64,000 bases of DNA from Saccostrea cucullata (Eukaryota), in contig NW_026937242.1 of assembly GCF_032062105.1 (NCBI RefSeq), positions 1-64,000 on the forward strand, in the 5' to 3' direction. Each line of letters starts with the position of its first letter. The stretch's first letter is position 1. The notes under the pieces are model-generated. The model was not told the DNA's origin and did not search any database. It saw nothing but the letters and a program-made list of their open reading frames with translations. A program made the translations under genes and the position numbers. Positions 12,745 to 23,621 of this stretch are shown piece after piece.

Positions 12745-13329
12745 CGAACTTTCTTCATTGCCAATTTTTTTAACACTAGTACTACCACTTACCCTTCTTT
12801 GACTGCAATACAAAGTGCCTGTTGAAAGAGGGGAGGGGGCTTATCCTACCATCAATGTTAAATGCATATATTATGTCTATCTTTGCAAAAAAAGTTGGGG
12901 GGGGGGGGGCTGCCCCCCCCCCCAGTTCCGACGTCTGTCCCTCACTACGTGCATACCTCACCATGTGCACAAACAAAATTTGATAAGTTGAACGTCTTTT
13001 GACTTTCATTAATTAACATCATTTATTATACCTCTATTGATAATATTTTTTTAACACAAAACTAAAAAAACATTCCTTAAATAAACGCGTAACATTCGCG
13101 TTATAAAGCGAAACTTTCGCGAATAAATGTGTAACTTTAATTGGTCAAGATACAAATTAGTAATAAATAATACATGAACATGATAATCAATGAAATTATA
13201 ATGAAAAATTAAGATTCACAATCAAGTATCATTTATCAATATTATATGTATATCTATAAAAAAAAAGACAACCCCCTAACTGTATGCATATTATATAAAT
13301 ACTGTTCAAGCTTAAAAATAATACAAATA

Positions 13330-13770
13330 TTTGAAAAAAAAATATGCAATTTAATAGAATATTTAATATTACAGTGTCCCTAATTTAGTCTTTTAGAAGA
13401 TTTAATAAATTCTTGCACATATGAAAATATTTGACAATTTGTTTGATAAGAATATTGACATTTACCTCTTAGTAGAGCGTCTAGTTCAAAAACAACATCA
13501 ATATCATTTAATTTTTTTACCAATATGTTTCAACATTATACGATGGGCAGTTGATAAAATAATGTTCAGTATCTTCAGTATGAAATCCACACTTTTGACA
13601 TGATTGAATATCTGATAAACAATGATTTTTTAAATGTGCATTAAGATTACTAGCATTGTTTCGCAACTGACAATGCAAAATATTTTCTTTTCTATTACCG
13701 AAGTTAAAGTATAAATGACTCAGAAACTCAGAACCTGGATCCCTAAACATGTCAAGTTGGTAAGACATTG
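13330..13770 (-). mobile_element. CR1/L2-type LINE 3' fragment
   Basis: ORF 13517-13768: HCQLRNNASNLNAHL...SCQKCG..EDTEHYFINCPSY, the C-terminal CCHC region of invertebrate CR1/L2 ORF2. Confidence 0.75.
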
Positions 13771-16700
13771 GTAAGACCCCCCCCCCCTTGAAACAAACAC
13801 GAGTTCTTCTCTTTTTTCCAACTTCTTTTTATTTGGAAAGGGGGGAAGAGACCCATTAATTCTGCTTCTCAATATTTTTTCTCCCATTTTCATACTTCTT
13901 TATTTTAAACCCTATCTATAGGGTTTAATAAATTTTCCAGAGCACTTAGGATATTTTTATTGAAGGCATGAATGGTTCCAGGAATCCTTGTCCACATGGT
14001 GAGGGTGGGGGTGTTAAATACCAACAACCTAGTCAGAATCATAAAAACATAAAATGGGGGGGGGGGTGTTAAAAAAAACATGTATGAAAACACACACACA
14101 AATCTAATTTCCTAGTCATACCTAGAATGATTTAGCAAACTTCCAAACATAACCCTTTTAAATCGAGCTGACTGTTACATGTAGGTGTCACATGATCATG
14201 ATCTTACACATACTTAGTATATCCCTGTCCCCAGTGTCACGCTGGGCTAAAGTGTTCACATTTCTTCACATTGTGCCTTTTTCATAGACCCAAAAGATCT
14301 AGAATATATACATGTACATGTAAGCTCTTTTTACACCCTGGACCATATTGATACAACCAGATCTAATAGACGACTTTCACATTTACAAAAGTTATTCCCC
14401 TTTGTGGGGTCAATCCGGGGTCAACCGGCGTAAGGCACTGGTTTTCCCTCTGTAACCTTACTAACTTTATGGGTCAGTATCTTAGAAATAAAATCTGTAT
14501 GAATATGTTCATTATGTTTTTCATGTTGCCCCATACCCTGGCAATGCAGGTGAAGATCGAAATTGGCCGATAACGTTTTAAAATTAAAAATATTTACAGG
14601 TAACTTACAAAGGACAAAGTGGGAAAAATTAGCGTTACGCCGACAACGGGAGATAACTCCAAGGAATGTGAAATTCGTCTATTCCTTTTAACTGAGATCA
14701 TACTTGAAAAAAGATCCAACAAGATGTTTTCTAAAATATATGTTTTACCATATAAAATATATTTATGTATTTTAATCTCACTCTGTGAAATATTTTGAAC
14801 CCCTAGCTGTATTAGCCAAACACTTCTGGCCACAGCTCCAATGAACAGGGTTCAATATATAATCATGTCATGATATAAAAATACTTTTTAATATTAGCAC
14901 AGTTTATTTCAACATCATTAATACTTGTAAGAAAAGCAGATACTGGACACAATGAGGACATTTCTAAAACATATAAATTAAGGAATGACTCTAATTCTTG
15001 GCCCAATTATTCGATTATAACCTGGTTTGGGTAAGTTTACGCTTTATGAGTCATTCTCTGTAAGCATCAAAATGGGCTGGAAATTGAATCTCACGGATTT
15101 TGTTGAAACCCGGTGAAATAATTACATTATAAGCCTGATTTTCAAAAATAATATTAAAAGTGATCAATTCGTCTTGTTTCCATGGCAACCAGGTTACCTG
15201 TTTTTGCACATGGGTGGAAAATACCTAAAATGATATTTCTTCCCATTTAAGTGCATTTAATTAATTATGGTGATTATTATTATTTTTATTTCTTTGAAAT
15301 AATTTGTTATTTGTATTTTTTATACAAGAAGTTGAAAAAAAAATATTTGGACCTGCCATAAATTGCCAAATTATGTATAAAATTGCTTTGAAAAAGGGGG
15401 GTTGAACACAACTATGTACACAAAAAACGCAGGCACTAGTGAAATATTCTGATGCTCTGAATTTTACCTTAAACATTTATTAAGAACATATCAAAAAACT
15501 GGAGAGGTATTATTTATTTTAAGAAAATAAATTGATTGTAAACTTTGTAAAAATATCTAAATTTACACACATTTTTGGCAAGAGTTATTTCCCCTTTCGG
15601 AAATCTTTTGCTTAAATCAATAAAAATGAAAGTGAAAGTACACAGCAGAAAACGACTTGGAGGAGAAAATCCTGTCTGTTTTGGATATTTTCAGGGTTTT
15701 TAATCCAACTTGTGAAGTATTTACTATTCCCATAGTTAAACTGTTAAATGTTTGCTCAGGCTCTACTGTGTCTGAGAGATATACAGTATATGTGTGTGTG
15801 TATAGACAGATAGAGTTGATAATTAAACTTGAAAATGGATTGCACCTTATGAAATTCCTGCCTATGTGACAAGTGCTGCATCATTTAAAAAATGTTTAAA
15901 ACAAAGTAACATCATTAAAAATGGACTTCAGAGCTAAGAGTGGGATAATAAGGTTATTACCCCCGGACCCCCGACCCCCCTTCTGGATCCGCCAATGATA
16001 ACATGGATAAGGTTGTGATTTAGAAATTAAGGTACCTGGCAATAAGAAGATCACTAGGCAAGTACCAATGAAATATTTACAATGCACACATTTATTAAAA
16101 CCTGGCAGTTGCACATTAATAATAGGGTATGACATACTATGTATAGTAAAAAAAAACAACATTAAAGTACCCAAAACATAAATAATGACACGAATCTAAT
16201 AAATTATATCTTATATCAATAATTTATAGTCTAGGCATATTATCATTCTTCTTAAAATCAGATGTGGATGAAAATTATATTAACTATCTGTTTATAAAAA
16301 TTTTATATATTAAACAAATGAAAATAAAGCAATTCTGTATATGACAAAAGCTAAATACCTCATAACAGCTTTCTAATTGTGTGCTTGAAAAAAAGGAGGG
16401 GGGTGCTAAAAAGTTATTGTCATGCAAGGTATTTCATCTTTTTTTTTTTTTTTTTTTTTAGAATTCATTTTTTTTTTTTTTTGATAAATTTATTTTTTTT
16501 ATTTTAAAGGTTGACCTTATGAAATCACATCGCTAAACTGAATACGTGAAAAAATTGCAATTTTCCTTTAGATTTCAGTTTGTGCAGGGCTGAAATTTGT
16601 TGATGCAAATTTTTATTGTGAATGGGGATGATCATGGGTGACATATGTCCTTTCATTTAGGAACTTATTGCATAAAATTGAAAGATTAGAACTTAGAAAC

Positions 16701-16897
16701 AGAGTATGAGAAAATAAATTATATAATTATTAAGATTTTTTGTCATAGCAAAACACTGTCACAGTTAAACTGAAGCCAAATTTATAATACAATGTGTTCA
16801 CTTTACTGTAGCCTGGTTCCCTATCCCTGTTTTGCTTTGTATACTCCGCGTCACTAGGGCCATGTAAAATGGCCGTTGTTGAAATCATAGATTTATG

Positions 16898-17018
16898 CAC
16901 GGGCACTGGAAGTTAATGTAATTAAAATATAAATGTGCATATAAAAAGGCTTTTTTTTTTATACATGTACATGCACATACAGCATTATATATATTTACAT
17001 TAACTTCCAGTGCCCGTG
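16898..17018. mobile_element. 121-bp MITE with 8-bp TSD (P/hAT type)
   Basis: TIR CACGGGCACTGGAAGTTAATGTAA; GATTTATG on both sides (16890-16897, 17019-17026). Confidence 0.85.
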
Positions 17019-17179
17019 GATTTATGTGCCCAAATTATAGCCGAGAAAGAAAAATATGTTATTATACCTCATTATAAATATTCTACACAACGCGTTATCT
17101 GACAACAATGAAAGTGAATTTGAGAGCGGTGCCGAATTTGAAAGTTTATGTTTATTTCAAAGGTTTTGCGTGTTTCGGT

Positions 17180-17337
17180 ATAATAAACAATTCATTGCAC
17201 GAATGTTCGGGAAACATGAAGACTTATTCAGCTAAGAAAAATCATTTTCCCCTCGGGCGAAACCCTCGAGGAATATGATTTTTCTTGGCTGAATAAGTTT
17301 TCATATTTCCCTCACTTTCATGCAATAAATGTATAAT
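17180..17337. mobile_element. Long-hairpin element (apex CTCGGGCGAAACCCTCG)
   Basis: ~75-bp imperfect arms (CTTATTCAGCTAAGAAAAATCAT / ATGATTTTTCTTGGCTGAATAAG). Confidence 0.7.
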
Positions 17338-18249
17338 ATTTGATTTTGACATATTTTATGAGGACTTCTCAGTATTCCATTTATGGACTCTATGTTCTAG
17401 AAAATATTCTTTAAAAGAAGCTAGATTGGAGTGGTCGGTAACATTTTATTGACCCCCCCCCTCCTTACTTTAACAAAAAAAAAAAACTATTTCAGATAAT
17501 TATATTTTTTCTATATAAATATCGATGTATACTTAAGGTAATATTACACTCACTTTAAGTCAAAATGAGGTTCTCTGTTTATTGAATTTCAAAAGCTTAT
17601 AAATAGGGAGTTCACTCTCAGTAGCATAGCCCCGACAGACAATTTTTTGGACCTAAGTAAGAGCAGCGGTGGTCTGTATTATATGCTTTCCATCTAATTG
17701 CACTTTCCCTAATACTTATTTTAACCCCTGTGCTTAAATGAGGAAGAACACAATCACAAAATCTTTATATTACATATTGAATTTTGATTGTCATTCTTAA
17801 TGTGGATGATTGAAATTTTTCTCTTCAACAGTTTCTTTGTGCTTGAGCTAAAATGTAAATGATGGAAAGAAAAATGGAAAATGAGCCACATAAAAAATAA
17901 TTTATTCACCTAGCATATTGTTTTGGCAAATTTTGAGGGACATGCTATATTCTTTCAGGGGGAAAGTATAATATGGAAGAGATGTCAAAATTCATCGTTT
18001 CAACAAGATTTTTGGAAAGGGGGGGGGGGTGTTGGTGGCAAACTTTTCAAAGCCAAGTTACTTTCAATTCCAATTTTTTCCCATAATTCTTTGATATCAC
18101 TATACTATGGTCAAAAAGTGGGGATGGGGGGGGGGGCAACTATCCCTTCAATGAACATTTCCTATAGTAAAGGTAATGCTGGGGGGAAAAAGTGTGTGGG
18201 GGGGGGGGGGGTCAGGCCCCCCTGTTGCTACAGTCCCTGGATTTGAACA

Positions 18250-18622
18250 AAAATTATGGATCCTTCCATATGGCATGCCTTAGCAAAGAGTGTGCTAAAA
18301 TTTCAAGCATCTGCAATGCGTAGTTGCTGGGAAAACTGCAACAAAAATTTGTTATGTATGGTATGGACAGACACACGCATAAAAAAGAAGTTGACACCAG
18401 ATTTACACTTCAATGGTACCCAATATATATGGTATGTCGTAGAAAATACTGTGCTAAAATTTCAAGCATCTTCAATGAATAGTTGCTGAGAAAACCGACA
18501 CCAAAAATTTGTTAACTAAAGCTGCACAGGCAGCTAGCCTGAGTCAGACAGGACAGACTGACAGACAGACACACAAAAGTAAATCAGTATACCCCCCTCT
18601 CCTTTGTAGAGGTGGTATAATA
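18250..18622 (-). mobile_element. HINE-like element fragment
   Basis: Two internal repeats (TGTGCTAAAATTTCAAGCATC...AGTTGCTG), (GACA)n microsatellite, terminal GTATACCCCC...GGTGGTATAA inverted pair. Confidence 0.65.
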
Positions 18623-18999
18623 ATTCCTTACTAAAGGAACAGCAAAAGATCAATTCAACAACAGCAAAACAATCAAGTTGAATCGAGGAAGGGGGGGGGG
18701 GCACTCTCAACTATGTGCTTGTTCTACTCAAACTAAGTAAACTGTGTATATGTTTCAATAAGTAAAGCAAGTTGCTTCAAAAAGATCGGTCATGATTTTA
18801 TATTGGTACTTATTGTTTCAATGGAAACAAATCCTGCTGCAGTAGTTCAGATATACAGTACATTGTATGTGATCAGTTTAAGTCTGAATTCATCTGTTTT
18901 TGTCCCGGTAAATAAATTAATTAGAAGTATAATCAAACATTTGTGACAGTGCTATGGGTTTTGTATACTGGTAAATCAATAAATATTTGGATCATTCCT

Positions 19000-19750
19000 G
19001 AATTATTTGGTTACCATAGCAACTGTTTAATTTCTAAATTATGAATTTCTATTTTCTTTTTTCATGTTAGTGAAAAATTAATGACGAGGTTAATGTGATT
19101 TCTTTTATTGAAGAAGACATATAATCATGCAATAAGGAAGTAGATTTTGTATATTAAAAATATCAATGAATAGGATTTTCCTGAATTATTGGCTGCCATA
19201 GCAACCATTTTTTTTTTAAATATGAATTACTATTTTATTTTGATATTTAGTGAAATACAATTATATTCAATTTATTTTAATGAAAAGAAAATAATCATAA
19301 ATAAAGCTATTATATTTTTTGTTGATTACTTGTCAGTAAATTGTGAACAAAAACAAAAAGGAAGACTAAAAACTATCTAGTTACCATAGCAACATGATTT
19401 TAGACAATTGAATTTTTAAAAATATTTTTTTTTAAATGTACAAAGGTGAAATAACAAATATAATAAGTGTTATCTATTTAAATGAATAAATTAAATCATG
19501 CACTGAGGCCACAGATTCTGCATAGTGATAACGTCAATAGTTATAGTGATTTTTCCTGACTTTTGGTTGCTATAGTAACACATAATTTTTCTTTAATTTA
19601 TGAAATTACATTTTTTATCAAAGTATATTAAAATGATGAGGTTTATTAATGTGATTTGTTTTACTTTTAATTTTTTTAAAGCTATAGTGTACAAAAAAGG
19701 AGTCAAATGCTGAACCTACAAATTAATCCAAATTCTCCATAGCAACCATT
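19000..19750. repeat. Degenerate ~185-bp tandem repeat, each unit with a GTTRCYATRGYAAC (RFX X-box-like) palindrome
   Basis: Motifs at 19010, 19192, 19380, 19566 and ~19733. Confidence 0.65.
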
Positions 19751-21366
19751 TTTGTTTTCATTTTATTTTATTTTAGGAAATAATACCTCTCTAGAAATTT
19801 TATATTTTGTTGAGTACGGAATGAACTTTTCAGTGATGGTAGTTGTTTGTTATGGATTGCCCGCGTTTTCTTGCTACTATGCTTAGAAAATGCCAAAAAA
19901 TGGCATTTTTTTCAAATTTGTTAAAATTTCAAAAATTCACACTTTTCACTGAAAAACAACTCTTTCCTGACCTACTATTGAATAATTTCATCAGTTGTGG
20001 TAGTTACTCCAAAAAATAGTCTATCAGAATAAGCAACAGTTAAATCTGTAAATAATATGTAGAACATAGGAATTTATGATGAAGATGGTATACTTTCAGT
20101 AGGTTGCTCGGTATTTTTGGTCTCAAAATGGTGGTTTTGGTTACCATGGCAACCGGGACTCAAAATAAAAAATTAACCCCAAAAATGTTCTAAACATGGT
20201 GTTTCTACATTGCATGCAAAAAATCAGCCAAATCTGTGATGTACCATTTCCAACATTTTTCTGAATCCTTTGATTCTTACAGAGAATGACTCTTATAATC
20301 CGCGAAGCGGATTATAAAAAAGCGTAAACTGACCCAAACCAGGTTATAATCGAATAATTTGGCCAAGAATTAGAGTCATTCCTTATAATTTAATTTTTAA
20401 ATTATTAAACGACTGTGGATGTAAAATTGTGCTGCTTTTTATGAGTTCAAATTTGCCGCTCAATAATACATCCCTAGTAACGGAAGTGATTTGAAACAAG
20501 GGGACGTAATAAGTGATACACAGATCTGGCAGCCATGATGTTTGTTTACACGAGGTAAGAGCGAGCTACTGTTTGAAGTTAAAAGTACATGTATTAAATG
20601 TAGAATTTTTCATGTAATTCCATGGACTGGAAATGTGGGATTGCAGAGATACAGATGAATCAGCTGGTTGTCAAGGGGGTGTGTCCCCATACCAAACCAG
20701 GTTATAACGTTTTATTCTTGTGCTCCTTTTTGGAAATCAACCAATGAGAGACTAGAATATAATCAAACTTAAATTATATAAATTTATCTCTTTGCTTTTT
20801 GTAAAGCAGTCATGCATATATCATTCAAATTTCTTTTTTAACATTGTGAACAAGGAAAATAAGTCTTTGGGAAGATCAATCATTTTTACAGAGATACATG
20901 TAAATGTATATATTTTTTAAAATAACCATTTCATTTGTGATATATAGATGTACATGTAATACATGTAAACACATTTACTCTGCTTGAGTTAAAATCAGTA
21001 GAGTTCAAAACAAGACCTTTCCAATGTCCCAAAATTAAATTTATTACATAGAATGCACAAAAAATCTTAGGTTAAGGGAGATAGTTCAATAAAAAGCAAT
21101 ATAAGCTGCAATTTAAACTTCATAAAACCTTGAAATTTGAAACTTTCATGTTAAAACATTTTTTGTGTAAAATTGCAGTTCATTACTACAGTATTTCAAT
21201 GACAGTAAAAGAAAGGATTATAAACTTCTATTATTCATACATGTATTTACATTATAAAGTCTTTTTTAGGAAATTCTGATTGAAAAAAAATTACATCTAT
21301 AATCTTTAAAAAAATTGATTTCTACACAATATCATTACATTTGATATAAACATTGCAAGCTAGCTT

Positions 21367-23065
21367 TATGAAGGATATGGAAATAACGAACAGTATTCAA
21401 TCTCAACGTCCATTAAACAAATATACAAAATAAGTGCAGAGCAAACACGGACCTCCGAAACATCAGAGGTGGGATCAGGTGCCATGGAGGAGTGAGCATC
21501 CCCTGCCGACCGGTCACACCCGCCGTGTGCTCGTTGTCATAATCAGGATATAACGGAAAAAATCCGGTGTCAATTCAGTGTATAAATAATGGACTAACAA
21601 TTGGTATGAAAAACGTCATTCAGCATTTCATTCAATGATAAATTGTATTTGCTGACAAGGTCATTGTATCGACCATAGAATTTACGAAATGATGACTTTA
21701 AACGAGACTGTTGATATTCTTGTTTCATCAACTTGCTTGTCAATAATTTACCTCGTTTAAGAAACTGTTCATACGCAGAGCATGCTCTTGCATATCGAAT
21801 CAACTGAGATATAAATACTCCGTATGCAGGTGATGAAGGTATATTGCTGCATAAGTAAGGGAAGTTGACGATAGAAAAATTAAAGTCATCACGTTTATCA
21901 TATAGCTTGGTTGTTAGATTACCATTAGTGTCTTTTTCAAGTAAAATATCGAAGTATGAAGCAGAAGTGTCGGACTCTGTGGTATCTTTTATCTCAAGCT
22001 CACCAGGATATATCGTGTCAACGTATGAATGGAAATTATCATTATTAATTGACAATACGTCGTCGATATATCTAAATGTCCAGTTGAAGGCCACAGCAAG
22101 TGTTTTCTTCTTTTCACGTAAAAGATTTTGCATAAATTCTGCTTCATATGAATATAAAAATAAGTCTGCTAATAACGGAGCGCAATTTGTACCCATGGGA
22201 ATTCCAATAGATTGTTGGAATACCTGGTCTCCAAAAAACACATAGATATTGTCAATCAGAAACTCAAGCATCTTCTTGATGTCAACTTCAGAGTACTTAT
22301 GTGTGCAATCAGAATCTGTTTTAACAAAATAATTTTTCAAATGACCAATGACGAGGTAAGTAAACTTACGAGTTCCATTTTTGTTGAAGAAGCAGCTGTC
22401 AATGATATCAAAAAGCCTGGATTTTAATTTGTCGTGGGGAATTGTTGTGTATAAAGTTGAAAAGTCGTAAGTTTTTATGCTGTTGATTTTTGTAAAGTCT
22501 TGTGATTTTAAATTGTCCAAAAGTTCTTTAGAATTTTTAAGTATCCACATCTGATTTACACCACTTCTTGAATATATAGTTGTACAGTACTCTTGAAGTT
22601 TTTCCTTCACTAGTGTCAATATTTTAGTGAGAAGTAACGAAAGAGGCTTGGTTGAACATTTACTGGAACCTGCAATGTATCTTTGTTTGTAAGGACTCTT
22701 ATGAAGTTTCGGAATCCAATATATATAAGGTAGTTCAAATTCATTTTGGCTCTGTGGAATATTAAAAGTATTCAAAACTGACAGGTGATTCTGAAGAATT
22801 TCTTCCTTAGATAGAGAAGAATATGTATAAGTAGGATTACCACTTGTAGAATTAAATCCAAGTTCTTCTAGAATGCAATTTATATAATGAGCTTTACAAA
22901 CGAAGACAATGTTGTTACCTGCTTTGTCGGCAGGAACCAGTACGTACTGATCGTGTATTCTATCTAATTCTTTTTTCACTTCTGGTTTATTGAACACAGA
23001 AGGATAGATGGTTTTCACTTTGCCCCTCAATCTTTTAATACAGTTTTGAAATAAGCCATTATTAT
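21367..23065 (-). mobile_element. Penelope-like retroelement, Naiad-type, 5'-truncated
   Basis: RT runs to the stop codon with no C-terminal GIY-YIG; conserved ~230-bp 3' UTR repeated elsewhere in the window. Confidence 0.8.
21594..23030 (-). CDS. Penelope-like reverse transcriptase (N-terminally truncated, uninterrupted 478 aa)
   Basis: PADKAGNN, YWIPKLHK, TYDFSTLYTTIPH (A), QQSIGIPMGTNCAP (B), RYIDD (C), thumb LYDKRDDF..SNIP...YGVFISQLIRY; extra segment between motifs A and B. Confidence 0.92.
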   Translation of the reverse strand: MRGKVKTIYPSVFNKPEVKKELDRIHDQYVLVPADKAGNNIVFVCKAHYINCILEELGFNSTSGNPTYTYSSLSKEEILQNHLSVLNTFNIPQSQNEFELPYIYWIPKLHKSPYKQRYIAGSSKCSTKPLSLLLTKILTLVKEKLQEYCTTIYSRSGVNQMWILKNSKELLDNLKSQDFTKINSIKTYDFSTLYTTIPHDKLKSRLFDIIDSCFFNKNGTRKFTYLVIGHLKNYFVKTDSDCTHKYSEVDIKKMLEFLIDNIYVFFGDQVFQQSIGIPMGTNCAPLLADLFLYSYEAEFMQNLLREKKKTLAVAFNWTFRYIDDVLSINNDNFHSYVDTIYPGELEIKDTTESDTSASYFDILLEKDTNGNLTTKLYDKRDDFNFSIVNFPYLCSNIPSSPAYGVFISQLIRYARACSAYEQFLKRGKLLTSKLMKQEYQQSRLKSSFRKFYGRYNDLVSKYNLSLNEMLNDVFHTNC

Positions 23066-23394
23066 AGTATACTAAGCCATTTACTTATATACAACAAAAT
23101 ACTTAGTATTCATTGTCAACCACTTCTAAAATTGGATCAGTACGTATCATTTCAATAACATTTCAACAAGACAATAAAATCATTCAAAATTGATCACCAT
23201 TATTTTGGGATCATTACATTTGCTTCTGTGAGTATCTGTTTCATTCAGCAACTTTTCTTTATTTTCTGTGCAAAAAAATACAAGGTCTCAACTCCAATCT
23301 AAAGGCAGTGCTGATATGCTGTCATCTTTTATAAATGCATGATCTGGATTTTAAAAAAAAAATTAAACATCAATTCAAAAATTATACATGTACA

Positions 23395-23621
23395 TACTGC
23401 AGATTCCTTATTTTTTGTGAGTACTTATTATTGCAAAATAGTTCTTTAAAACATTAAATCACAAGAATATATATTTGTGAATGGTCGGTTGATAAGGAGA
23501 ATGTGCATGGGTTTCAGTACCATAAACATGATAAAAATAAAAGTGAAACATTTTATTTCCCAAGTGATACTACATGCAAAATTGCAATAATAAATTCCTT
23601 GCGTTTAATACGATTCACAAT
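23395..23621. mobile_element. Degenerate mariner-type MITE
   Basis: TA|CTGCAGATTCCTTATT... and ...TAATACGATTCACAATA imperfect ends. Confidence 0.45.

Larger units (their letters stand above)
15048..20292. mobile_element. Sola-like (GAG...CTC) non-autonomous DNA transposon
   Basis: 24-bp TIR GAGTCATTCTCTGTAAG(C/A)ATCAAA, 4-bp TSD TTAT confirmed by the empty site in the paralogue at ~30530; GRG..CYC ends with a 4-bp TSD fit Sola2/Sola3. Confidence 0.75.
14973..20779. mobile_element. Long-hairpin element copy 1 (GCGAAGC loop), interrupted by a 5.2-kb insertion
   Basis: Left arm 14973-15047, apex TTATAATCCGC-GAA-GCGGATTATAA at 20293-20317, right arm and ~400-bp tail to 20779; uninterrupted homologue at 30461-31022. 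Confidence 0.8.

Noticed and set aside
5294-19380. Numerous 60-120 aa ORFs in the track
   Set aside because: Apart from the LINE fragment at 13517-13768, they are low-complexity translations of AT-rich or poly-G/C repeat DNA with no motifs or splice support.
21440-21530. HDV-like or hammerhead ribozyme call
   Set aside because: A TCCTC loop is present, but the P1.1 GG, P3 stem and J4/2 catalytic C pattern do not fit; no CUGANGA/GAAA core.
21865-22427. Plus-strand ORFs of 126 and 71 aa
   Set aside because: Antisense shadows of the RT ORF.
21594-23030. Selenoprotein-type Naiad or telomerase gene
   Set aside because: No in-frame TGA in the visible ORF; no TERT T/CP motifs or introns; dispersed 3'-end copies indicate a retroelement.
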